DNA from: Candidatus Uhrbacteria bacterium RIFCSPHIGHO2_02_FULL_57_19
Lineage (GTDB): Bacteria; Patescibacteriota; Patescibacteriia; 2-12-FULL-57-11
Direction of reading: 5' to 3'
NCBI GenBank assembly: GCA_001791115.1
Contig: MGDZ01000004.1
Coordinates: forward strand, 1-40,764
DNA length: 40,764 bases
Each line of letters starts with the position of its first letter. Within the stretch, counting starts at the first letter, position 1. Both the position numbers and the translations under genes were made by a program. Positions 33,520 to 40,764 of this stretch are shown here, piece by piece. Below the pieces are notes generated by a model. It did not search any database, had not been told where the DNA came from, and worked only from the letters and a program-made list of their open reading frames with translations.

Positions 33520-35757
33520 TCAAGCGGTTTCGGCCGCTTGGGAATAATCGCACTCCTTACTGGAACAGCGGAGCGTTCCCTTGGCGCCGTAGACAATAAG
33601 CGAGCCGCATTTGGGGCATTTTTCTCCGGCGGGTTTTGACCACAGGGCGAAGTCGCAGTTGGGGTATTGGTTGCAGGCATAGAAATTTTTGCCGCGTCGC
33701 GTGCGCTTCTCCACGATCTCTCCCTTGCCGCATTTGGGGCAAGGAACGCCGGTTCCTTTCTGAAGCGGCTTGTGCCCTTTGCAGTCAGGATAATTGGTGC
33801 AGCGAAGATATTTTCCATACCGTCCCTCGACTATTTCAAGTTTTTCTTTATTGCATTCAGGGCAGATCTCTTCCGTAATAATCCGTTCCGCGGCCTCCTT
33901 GCCGCCCTCAGCAAGCGGGCGGGTGTTGCGGCAGTCGGGGAAACCGGTGCAAGCCAGAAATCTTCCAAATCGCCCCGTTTTGATGACCATCGGCTTTCCG
34001 CATTTGTCGCAGACCACGTCGGTCGGCTCTTCGGCGATTTCTTTTTTGATGATTTCCCCCTCTTTTTTCGCCAGCAGCGCGGAGAAAGGTTCCCAGAATT
34101 CGCGGACCACTGGCACCCATTTTTTTTCACCCTCGGCAATCCCGTCGAGGTCCTCCTCCATCTTGGCGGTGAACTGAAAATCCACGATCTCCGGAAAATG
34201 TTCGACCAGAAGATCATTTACCAGAAAGGCAATCTCGGTCGGTTTCAGGCGCCGGCCCTCGATACGCTCCACGTATCCGCGATCCTGGATGGTGGCAATG
34301 GTCGGCGCGTAGGTTGATGGGCGCCCAATTCCATGTTCTTCTAGCGCTTTGACCAGTGAGGCGTCGGAATACCGTGGAGGCGGTTCGGTGAAATGCTGTT
34401 TCGGTTCGACGGACTCGAGGGTCAGCGCGTCGTTTTCCTCGACTTTCGGCAGGAGCGTGTCTTTCTGGCCCTCGGGCGTGATTGCCAGGAAGCCGGGGAA
34501 CTTCAGGACTGATCCGGTGGCGCGCAGCAGGTAGCTTGCCTTTGTTTTTGCGCTTTGGACGTCCACAGTGGTCGCTTCAAGTTCTGCCTCAGGCATTTGC
34601 GAGGCCATGGCCCGGCGCCAGACCAGGTCATAGAGTTTCCATTGGTCCGGGTCCAGGACATCCTTGAGCGCGTCGGGTGCGCGGCGCGCTTCGGTGGGAC
34701 GGATGGCCTCGTGCGCTTCCTGGGCGAGTTTCGATTTGGTAGTGAAACGCCGCGGCGAAGGGAGGGCGTACTCATTGCCGAGCGCTTGCGCGAGATGCTC
34801 CGCGGCCTCGGTTAGGAATTTCTCCGACAGATTCACTGAATCGGTTCTCATGTAGGTGATGAGGCCCACGGATCCTTCGCCGGGAACGTCCACGCCTTCG
34901 TAGAGTCGTTGAGCAAACATCATGGTCTGCTTGGCGCTAAACCCAAGCTTGCGGTTGCCGTCTTGCTGAAGAGTAGAGGTGATGTAGGGTGGCGGGGGAG
35001 TGCGCCGGATTGTCTTCCGTTCGACGCGAGCCGCGCTGAAGGCTCCTTTTTTCAGGTCGTGGACCAGGCCTTCCGCCTGATCCGAGGAGGCGATGAAAAG
35101 TTTTTCCAGCGTATGACCATCGACCGCGTGGAGTTTGGCGGTAAAGGCGTTTCCATCCGGAGTTTTGAAAGTGGCCTCGATCGTCCAGTATTCTTGTTTG
35201 ACGAACGTCTGGACCTCCCGTTCGCGTTCCACAATGAGGCGCACGGCCACTGACTGCACGCGTCCGGCTGAAAGCCCGCGGGCCACCTTGCGCCACAGGA
35301 ACGGCGAGAGTTTGTAGCCCACCAGCCGGTCGAGGATTCTGCGCGCCTGCTGGGCGTCTACCATGCGCAGGTCGATGGACCGGGGTTTTTTGAACGCTCC
35401 GTCGATTGCCTCTTTGGTAATCTCGTGGAAGGTGATGCGTTTCACACGCGCCGGATCCGTGCCGAGGATCTCGGAGAGATGCCAGGAGATGGCCTCGCCC
35501 TCGCGGTCTTCGTCAGTGGCGAAGTAGATGGTTTTCGCTTCTTTTGCCGCTTTTTTGAGCTCATTCGAGGTTTTTTTGCTCTTAGTCGGGATGACGTAGC
35601 GGGGAGTGAAATCGTGTTCAAGGTCGATCCCCAGATCGCTCTTGGGAAGATCCCGGATATGACCAAACGAGGACTTCACCAGAAAGTCCTTACCGAGGAA
35701 ACGTGAAATTGTTTTCGCCTTGGTCGGCGACTCTACGATGACCAGGTTTTTTGCCAT
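33520..35757 (-). CDS. topA: DNA topoisomerase I with four C-terminal zinc ribbons
   Basis: MAKNLVIVESPTKAKTI Toprim start; repeated CxxC...CxxC modules at the C-terminus. The ORF track begins 4 codons earlier, at 35769. Confidence 0.96.
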   Translation of the reverse strand: MAKNLVIVESPTKAKTISRFLGKDFLVKSSFGHIRDLPKSDLGIDLEHDFTPRYVIPTKSKKTSNELKKAAKEAKTIYFATDEDREGEAISWHLSEILGTDPARVKRITFHEITKEAIDGAFKKPRSIDLRMVDAQQARRILDRLVGYKLSPFLWRKVARGLSAGRVQSVAVRLIVEREREVQTFVKQEYWTIEATFKTPDGNAFTAKLHAVDGHTLEKLFIASSDQAEGLVHDLKKGAFSAARVERKTIRRTPPPPYITSTLQQDGNRKLGFSAKQTMMFAQRLYEGVDVPGEGSVGLITYMRTDSVNLSEKFLTEAAEHLAQALGNEYALPSPRRFTTKSKLAQEAHEAIRPTEARRAPDALKDVLDPDQWKLYDLVWRRAMASQMPEAELEATTVDVQSAKTKASYLLRATGSVLKFPGFLAITPEGQKDTLLPKVEENDALTLESVEPKQHFTEPPPRYSDASLVKALEEHGIGRPSTYAPTIATIQDRGYVERIEGRRLKPTEIAFLVNDLLVEHFPEIVDFQFTAKMEEDLDGIAEGEKKWVPVVREFWEPFSALLAKKEGEIIKKEIAEEPTDVVCDKCGKPMVIKTGRFGRFLACTGFPDCRNTRPLAEGGKEAAERIITEEICPECNKEKLEIVEGRYGKYLRCTNYPDCKGHKPLQKGTGVPCPKCGKGEIVEKRTRRGKNFYACNQYPNCDFALWSKPAGEKCPKCGSLIVYGAKGTLRCSSKECDYSQAAETA

Positions 35758-35763
35758 GAGGAT

Positions 35764-35843
35764 AACCATTACGAACTACGAACTTTTACGAATGTACGAA
35801 GAATGATTCGTACATTGGTACTCATTTGTAGTTCGTAATGGTT
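35764..35843. repeat. Nested palindrome in the topA leader
   Basis: The outer 16-bp arms are AACCATTACGAACTAC (35764-35779) and GTAGTTCGTAATGGTT (35828-35843). The inner 10-bp arms are AATGTACGAA (35791-35800) and TTCGTACATT (35807-35816). Confidence 0.9.
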
Positions 35844-35861
35844 TCAAAGTGAAACTGTAGC

Positions 35862-35890
35862 AACATACGGTCTGCGGTCTCGACTGTCAA
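35862..35890 (-). promoter_or_regulatory. Sigma70-like promoter for topA
   Basis: Minus strand: TTGACA (35890-35885), 17-nt spacer, TATGTT (35867-35862). TTGACGCAC direct repeats at 35894-35902 and 35905-35913 lie just upstream. Confidence 0.5.
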
Positions 35891-35922
35891 GTGTTGACGC
35901 ACTTTTGACGCACCTCGAGGCG

Positions 35923-37071
35923 TCATCTGGCAATTACATAGTGCATCCCGGGAAGCGAGCGGATTTTGCCTTTCATTTCCATCAGCGTGAGCGAGGCGGT
36001 AACCGTTGATATGGGGAGTCCGGCGGTGCGGGCCAGGGCATCGACATGAATCGGCTCGCGCGAGAGATGGGGGAGAAGGGCTGCCTCTTCCTTGGTGTCA
36101 GGATGAATCGCCCGGACCTCGAGCATTTCCGGCAGGCGGTCGAGCGACAAGGCGTCGAGCACATCGTTGGCCTCGGTCACCGGTCTGGCGCCCATCTTTA
36201 TCAGGTTATTAGGCCCAGCCGAGGTTTCTCGGGTTACGTCTCCGGGCACGGCAAAGACCTCGCGGTTTTGCTCGAGCGCCGAGCGGGCGGTAATCAGCGA
36301 TCCGGAATCGTCGGCCGCCTCAATGACCAGAACTCCCAGCGACAAGCCGCTGATCACCCGGTTGCGGAAGGGAAAGTTGCTCTTGAAGGCAATCGAACCG
36401 ATGGGGAACTCCGAGATTACGGCGCCGCCGGCATCCAGAATTTTTTTGGCCAGATAGCGGTTTGACGAAGGATAGAGCGAGGCGTCGTCTATTCCCGAAC
36501 CAAGCACGGCCACGGTCCTGCCACCGGCCGCCAGCGCCGTTTCGTGAGCTAAGGAATCCACTCCGAGCGCCAGTCCGGAGACGATAGTGAGACCCGAACG
36601 GGCCAGGGGCGCGACCATCTCCGGAGTGACCTGCCGGCCGTAGGGCGTGATCCGGCGGGTGCCGACCACGGCTAAGGTCAGCTCCTCGGGTTCGTTCATT
36701 TTTCCCCGGACAAAGAGGAGCGGCGGCGGGTCGAAGATCTGAGTCAGAAGTTTGGGATAGTTCGCGTCGCCGAGGGCCAGAAGACTGATTCCGGCGGAGC
36801 GGGTTTCTTCGAGTTCGGTTTCAGGATTGCAGCGGGCGCGAAAGGCGGCAAATTCAGCGGAGAGCGCCGGTTCAATGCCGGCTCCGGCGATTTGCGGAGC
36901 CGATGCCCGCCAAACCTCCTCCATGGTCGGGAAGGCACGGATTAGTTTCATCCATCGTTTGGGTCCGAATTTTCCGAAGCGGGAAATAGCCGCCCAGAAA
37001 GCGGCATCCCGCGAATCATTGACGGAAGCGGCGGTCGGCAGTGGAGTGGCGGAATCCGAGGAGAAGATCAT
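35923..37071 (-). CDS. dprA: DNA processing protein DprA (Smf)
   Basis: VVGTRRITPYG...SGLALGVDSLAHETALAAGGRTVAVLGSGID Rossmann-like core; C-terminal wHTH. Confidence 0.92.
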   Translation of the reverse strand: MIFSSDSATPLPTAASVNDSRDAAFWAAISRFGKFGPKRWMKLIRAFPTMEEVWRASAPQIAGAGIEPALSAEFAAFRARCNPETELEETRSAGISLLALGDANYPKLLTQIFDPPPLLFVRGKMNEPEELTLAVVGTRRITPYGRQVTPEMVAPLARSGLTIVSGLALGVDSLAHETALAAGGRTVAVLGSGIDDASLYPSSNRYLAKKILDAGGAVISEFPIGSIAFKSNFPFRNRVISGLSLGVLVIEAADDSGSLITARSALEQNREVFAVPGDVTRETSAGPNNLIKMGARPVTEANDVLDALSLDRLPEMLEVRAIHPDTKEEAALLPHLSREPIHVDALARTAGLPISTVTASLTLMEMKGKIRSLPGMHYVIAR

Positions 37072-37082
37072 TGGTGGAAAAA

Positions 37083-37667
37083 TCAGCTCGGATTTTTTTT
37101 GTTGTACTCGGACATGGCATCCGCTATGCCGTCGCGCAGGGCATGGATCACGGCTTGGGTGGCGCGGCTTACCGCTTGATCAATGCGCTTGCGTTCGGTT
37201 TTGGTGAATCTGTCGAGCACGAAAACCTCGGTCGGCGCCGACCTCGGTCCATCGGGGGCAATGCCCAGTCGGAATCGGGGAAAATTACTGCTCTTCACAG
37301 CTTCGATAACGGATTGAACGCCTTTGTGACCGGCGCTGGATGCGCCGGCGACGATGCGCAGAGTCCCCAGAGACAGATCGAGATCGTCGTGGATGGTCCA
37401 GATGTCGGCCGGAGCCAGCTTCCAAAACCTGGCCGCCGCGCCGACGGCCTCTCCGGAGAGGTTCATGAAAGTCGTCGGCCTCACGAGGACAACCTCTTCA
37501 CCTTCGATGCGTGCCTTAACCGTTTCGGCTTTGAATTTTTTGGCCGCCGTCCAGCGAGAATCAGACGCCAGCACTTGCCGCAGAGATTCGACGACTTCAA
37601 ACCCGACGTTGTGCCGAGTGCTGTCATATTCGCGTCCGGGGTTTCCCAGACCTACGATGAGTTTCAT
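37083..37667 (-). CDS. pth: Peptidyl-tRNA hydrolase
   Basis: MKLIVGLGNPGREYDSTRHNVGF start; 194 aa. Confidence 0.95.
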   Translation of the reverse strand: MKLIVGLGNPGREYDSTRHNVGFEVVESLRQVLASDSRWTAAKKFKAETVKARIEGEEVVLVRPTTFMNLSGEAVGAAARFWKLAPADIWTIHDDLDLSLGTLRIVAGASSAGHKGVQSVIEAVKSSNFPRFRLGIAPDGPRSAPTEVFVLDRFTKTERKRIDQAVSRATQAVIHALRDGIADAMSEYNKKNPS

Positions 37668-37674
37668 ATTAGTT

Positions 37675-39033
37675 TTAACGTTTCGGCGGCTTGACTGCCT
37701 TGGCCAGTATTCTCACGGGCGTGCCGACCAGGTCAAATTGTTCGCGCAGCCGGTTTTCAAGATAGGAAAGGTACGAAGGATGCAGTGTCGTTTTCTCTCC
37801 CCGCACCGCCAGAAGGAAGGTCGGCGGTCGGGTGTCAACCTGTTTCATGGAATAGATGTAGGGATGCCTGACGCCGCGGCCGGCCCGCGGTTTTTGGCGG
37901 GACAGGGCCTGGCGGAAAAAGGAGTCGAGTGTCTTGGCGTCAATGGCGTTCTCCCAGCGGGATTTGGCGGCCAGGGCGTCGTCGTAGAGCGCGCTAACTC
38001 TCTCGCCGGTTTTGGCCGAGACAAAGCGGATAGGAGCGAAGGAAAGATGGGGCAAGCTCAGGGAAAGATTTTCTTCCGCGCGCAGCATGGTTTCTGATGT
38101 TTTTCCGGGGACCAGATCCCATTTGTTGGCTACGACAACCACTGCCCTCATCGATTCCTGGATAAGCTCTCCCAACGCCCGGTCCTGCATGGTCACCTCT
38201 TTCGAGACGTCGAGGACGAAGAAAACCACTTCGGCCCGTTCCATAGCCAGAAAGGAGCGCTCCACCCCGGATCTCTCCAGGCCGGGAGCGACCCGTGCCC
38301 TGCGCCGGATGCCCACGGTGTCGACCAGAATGAAGGGCTTTTCGTCTTTGATCACCAGCGTGTCGGCCGGTTCTCGGGTGGTACCGGCGATGGAGGAGAC
38401 GATGGCCCGCTCTTCTCCCAAAAGAGAGTTTAGGAGCGACGATTTCCCAACGTTGGGCTTGCCGACGATGGCGATTTTTGCAGCCTCGCCGGGGTGGCTC
38501 GTGGCGACTTCTGGAAAACGAGAAACAACCAGATCAAGCAAGTCGCCGACGCCCGAACCGTTGGAGGCGGAAACCGCGAGTGGCGCCCCCATCCCCAAAC
38601 GGAGCCAATCTCGGTCGCCGGCCTTGCGGCGGAATCGAGGGTTGTCGGCTTTGTTACCGACCAAAATTATCGATGCGCCTTTCCGCCGGTGGAGCGTCTT
38701 GGCCAGTAAGGCGTCCTGCGGCAAGGGGCCGGTTTGCAGGTCGATGATCAGAAGAATGAGGTCGGCCTCGCCCATGGCCAGCTCCGCCTGGCGAATGACA
38801 TTTACCTCGATATCCGACTCGGGAGAAATATCCAGTCCACCGGTATCCACCAGAGTTAAGGTTACGCCTCTCCAGGTCGTGGTTCCGAAATTCCGGTCGC
38901 GGGTCGTTCCGGGGAGCGGCGAAACCAGGGCCTTAGATTCTTCGAGGATGCGATTGAAGAGCAGGGATTTGCCGACATTTGTCCGTCCGACGAGGACTAT
39001 TGCCGGTCCCAGTTTTGGCAGCTGTGTTTTCAT
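37675..39033 (-). CDS. der: Ribosome-associated GTPase Der (EngA)
   Basis: Two G domains (GRTNVGKSLLFN and GKPNVGKSSLLN) plus a KH-like C-terminus. Confidence 0.95.
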   Translation of the reverse strand: MKTQLPKLGPAIVLVGRTNVGKSLLFNRILEESKALVSPLPGTTRDRNFGTTTWRGVTLTLVDTGGLDISPESDIEVNVIRQAELAMGEADLILLIIDLQTGPLPQDALLAKTLHRRKGASIILVGNKADNPRFRRKAGDRDWLRLGMGAPLAVSASNGSGVGDLLDLVVSRFPEVATSHPGEAAKIAIVGKPNVGKSSLLNSLLGEERAIVSSIAGTTREPADTLVIKDEKPFILVDTVGIRRRARVAPGLERSGVERSFLAMERAEVVFFVLDVSKEVTMQDRALGELIQESMRAVVVVANKWDLVPGKTSETMLRAEENLSLSLPHLSFAPIRFVSAKTGERVSALYDDALAAKSRWENAIDAKTLDSFFRQALSRQKPRAGRGVRHPYIYSMKQVDTRPPTFLLAVRGEKTTLHPSYLSYLENRLREQFDLVGTPVRILAKAVKPPKR

Positions 39034-39046
39034 GTGAAAGGTTTCC

Positions 39047-40438
39047 TTATTCCGACGACGAATCCTGAGATTTTCCCAAAATGATCAGGAAGTCGGGTCG
39101 AACGGAGTTCGATACTGAAAGCCAATCGGGGATGGTGGCCGCCGCCTCGGCATCAAGCAGATCGGCCAGGATTTTCAGCTCTTTCTTCTTGGCGCCGGAA
39201 GTCAGATCGTAGACGACGCTTCGCTGGTAATCGCGTCGGGCCGCGTTGCCGTAGGCCACGACCTGGTAGCCGCGCTCGCGGAGGGTCAGAGAAGTGCGGT
39301 AGGCCAGACCTTCGATGGAAGTGCCGTTCTGGATTTCAAGGCGCGGCGTTTCTTCTTGTCCGGCGATGGCCCGGGTGTCAAGAATCGAGCGGGCGATGCT
39401 TTTCAATATTTCACCGGTCCCGTCGGACGGCTGGAGAACGAAGGCGCCGTCGTAATTGGCAGCGACGAGCGGTCCGCCGGGAGCATCATCCAGGACGCGA
39501 TGAACTATTTTGTCAGAATCCAATTCTCGGGCCAGATCCACCAGGCGGATGATTTCCCGGAAATCTATGTTGGTGGCCACGTGTTTGGACAGGGCGTCAA
39601 TGATGCTCTTGATTTTTCGCGGATTGGTCAGGGTTCCGGCCGAAAGCATTTTGTCGCGGAGAGCCAGGAGCACCTTTTGCTGTCGCCTGGCGCGGGCGAA
39701 ATCCGATCCTTCGCCGTTCGAGCCATGGCGGCTCCTGGCGTAGATCAAGGCTCGTTGGCCATCCATGGTCTGCAGTCCGGCATCAAAGCGGACCGTTTGG
39801 GTCAGATCGTCGTTGGTTGGAAAGTAGGAATCACTGAAGGATCGTTCGACATTGATGGAGACGCCGCCCAGATCATCAATCAGTTTGCGGAAGCCGGCGA
39901 AGTCCACCCGGACAAAATAGGGGACCGGAACGCCGAAGGCGCCTTCCACCGCGCGTCGCGCCGCGTCTCCGCCGCTGCCCGGCTTGTCCGCTTCGGCAAA
40001 GGCGTTGGCATTGTTGATTTTTCGCCAGCCGTACCCCGGGATGTCGACTAAGAGATCGCGGGGAATGGACAAGAGCGCCGCCCGGTTGGTTGAGGGTTTG
40101 ATCGAAGAGAGAATGATGGTGTCGGTGAGATACGGCCCGTTGTGGCCTGCCCCGCCCATGCCCAAAAGGAGAATGTTGACCCGGTCGTCGCCTTCGCCCA
40201 CCAGTGATTTCTCGGCTTTGACCATGATCTGGCCGACCCTGCTGATTAAGGCCAGGGGCGAGAAAGCGTCAACGGTCTCGTTCGGGGCAACGGATCCTAG
40301 CCCGCCAGAGATCCCCTGCCAGAGGGCCAGCCCGCTGATCACAGAAAGAGCCGCCCAACGCCGCTTCCGGCGGCGAGTGCGGACCTCAGGCGGAACCTCT
40401 CTAGGGTCGAGCAGATTTACTTTGGGGAGGTCGTCCAT
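39047..40438 (-). CDS. LytR-CpsA-Psr (LCP) family cell-envelope phosphotransferase
   Basis: N-terminal TM segment. NILLLGMGG...LTDTIILSSI...LLSIPRDLLVDIPGYGWRKINNA core. Confidence 0.85.
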   Translation of the reverse strand: MDDLPKVNLLDPREVPPEVRTRRRKRRWAALSVISGLALWQGISGGLGSVAPNETVDAFSPLALISRVGQIMVKAEKSLVGEGDDRVNILLLGMGGAGHNGPYLTDTIILSSIKPSTNRAALLSIPRDLLVDIPGYGWRKINNANAFAEADKPGSGGDAARRAVEGAFGVPVPYFVRVDFAGFRKLIDDLGGVSINVERSFSDSYFPTNDDLTQTVRFDAGLQTMDGQRALIYARSRHGSNGEGSDFARARRQQKVLLALRDKMLSAGTLTNPRKIKSIIDALSKHVATNIDFREIIRLVDLARELDSDKIVHRVLDDAPGGPLVAANYDGAFVLQPSDGTGEILKSIARSILDTRAIAGQEETPRLEIQNGTSIEGLAYRTSLTLRERGYQVVAYGNAARRDYQRSVVYDLTSGAKKKELKILADLLDAEAAATIPDWLSVSNSVRPDFLIILGKSQDSSSE

Positions 40439-40450
40439 AGGCTTCTTCCT

Positions 40451-40547
40451 ATTATGAGACTGTAGAAAAACTCCATTTCTGCTGCGATCACGCTGTTCCT
40501 GCCTGCCGGCAGACAGGCGAAAGCGAGTTCTTCTACAGTCTCATTAT
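40451..40547. repeat. 17-bp inverted repeats (1 mismatch) bracketing REP-like palindrome copy 3
   Basis: ATTATGAGACTGTAGAA (40451-40467) pairs with TTCTACAGTCTCATTAT (40531-40547). CCTGCCTGCCGGCAGACAGGC lies inside, at 40498-40518. Confidence 0.85.
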
Positions 40548-40581
40548 AGAGGAGCATCTTACTCTTGGCCACGATTAAATC

Positions 40582-40609
40582 AAAATCCCGCCTTGAATGG
40601 GCGGGATTT
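40582..40609 (-). terminator. Intrinsic terminator directly after tRNA-Val
   Basis: Minus strand: AAAATCCCGCC-loop-GGCGGGATTTT followed by GATTTAAT. Confidence 0.7.
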
Positions 40610-40686
40610 TGGTGGACGCACCTGGATTCGAACCAGGGACCTCTGTCGTGTGAGGACAGCGCTCTAACCAGCTGAGCTATACGTCC
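40610..40686 (-). tRNA. tRNA-Val (anticodon CAC), CCA encoded
   Basis: GGACGTA-TA-GCTC-AGCTGGTTA-GAGC-G-CTGTC-CTCACAC-GACAG-AGGTC-CCTGG-TTCGAAT-CCAGG-TGCGTCC-A-CCA. Confidence 0.92.
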
Positions 40687-40764
40687 GAACGGGCCAACTG
40701 TAGCACAAATCAGCCTCCCGGGCAATAATCGGGGGTTTGACGGAGGGGCGAATAGAAGATATTA

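Noticed and set aside
33189-33818. 209-aa minus-strand ORF covering the orphan block and the topA 3' end
   Set aside because: It is out of frame with topA across 300 nt, crosses the bidirectional terminator and has low-complexity Pro/Ala/Arg composition.
35841-35855. GTTTCA-AAG-TGAAAC considered as a parS site. GTTTCACG at about 33100 was also considered.
   Set aside because: Canonical parS is the contiguous 16-mer TGTTTCAC-GTGAAACA. Here the half-sites are 6 bp with a 3-nt spacer, and the 33100 site has only one half. No convincing parS was seen near parAB in this window.
40417-40725. 102-aa minus-strand ORF
   Set aside because: It overlaps tRNA-Val, its terminator and the inverted-repeat element, so it is not a plausible gene.

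Overview
Compact, GC-rich bacterial chromosome segment. By inference it comes from a Candidate Phyla Radiation (Patescibacteria/Parcubacteria-like) genome. The grounds are an S10-spc ribosomal operon with no rpmD (L30), many 1-4 bp gene overlaps, domain-reduced housekeeping enzymes and short lineage-style palindromic repeats. UGA is used as a stop codon, so the standard code applies.

Plus strand, in order:
- A two-domain Nudix protein and a small acidic protein.
- tuf, then rpsJ-rplC-rplD-rplW-rplB-rpsS-rplV-rpsC-rplP-rpmC-rpsQ-rplN-rplX-rplE-rpsZ-rpsH-rplF-rplR-rpsE-rplO-secY.
- Two inserted genes: a 113-aa protein and a presenilin/SPP-like GxGD membrane protease.
- adk and map.
- An AbrB/PIN toxin-antitoxin pair.
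- A translationally coupled block: NDT-like gene, ruvX, serine hydrolase, recO.
- asnS, a small TM ORF, and an aspS that lacks the GAD insertion.
- A wHTH protein, a YbaK-like deacylase, scpA-scpB, an S11 DD-carboxypeptidase and a GT4 glycosyltransferase.

A YdjM-like gene on the minus strand follows, then an 800-bp tRNA island at 27.08-27.87 kb. After it come a metallophosphoesterase, parA-parB, a short RelA/SpoT (minus) and a HAD hydrolase. Next is a terminator-bounded 300-bp orphan block. The window ends with a minus-strand operon: tRNA-Val, LCP, der, pth, dprA, topA.

The most unusual content is non-coding:
1. The 5' and 3' pieces of a class-II tRNA flank a complete tRNA-Leu(CAA).
2. A 122-nt cloverleaf-shaped element re-uses the 3' end of tRNA-Met(CAT).
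3. A tandem duplication has left an anticodon-less relic of the initiator tRNA.
4. A promoter-plus-terminator orphan block carries G-tracts and GTAGGGAGTAG repeats, and is a candidate ncRNA.
5. The topA leader is heavily palindromic.
6. Three short repeat families sit at or inside gene termini.

No database search, folding or tRNA-scanning software could be run. Every call rests on reading the sequence and the supplied translations.
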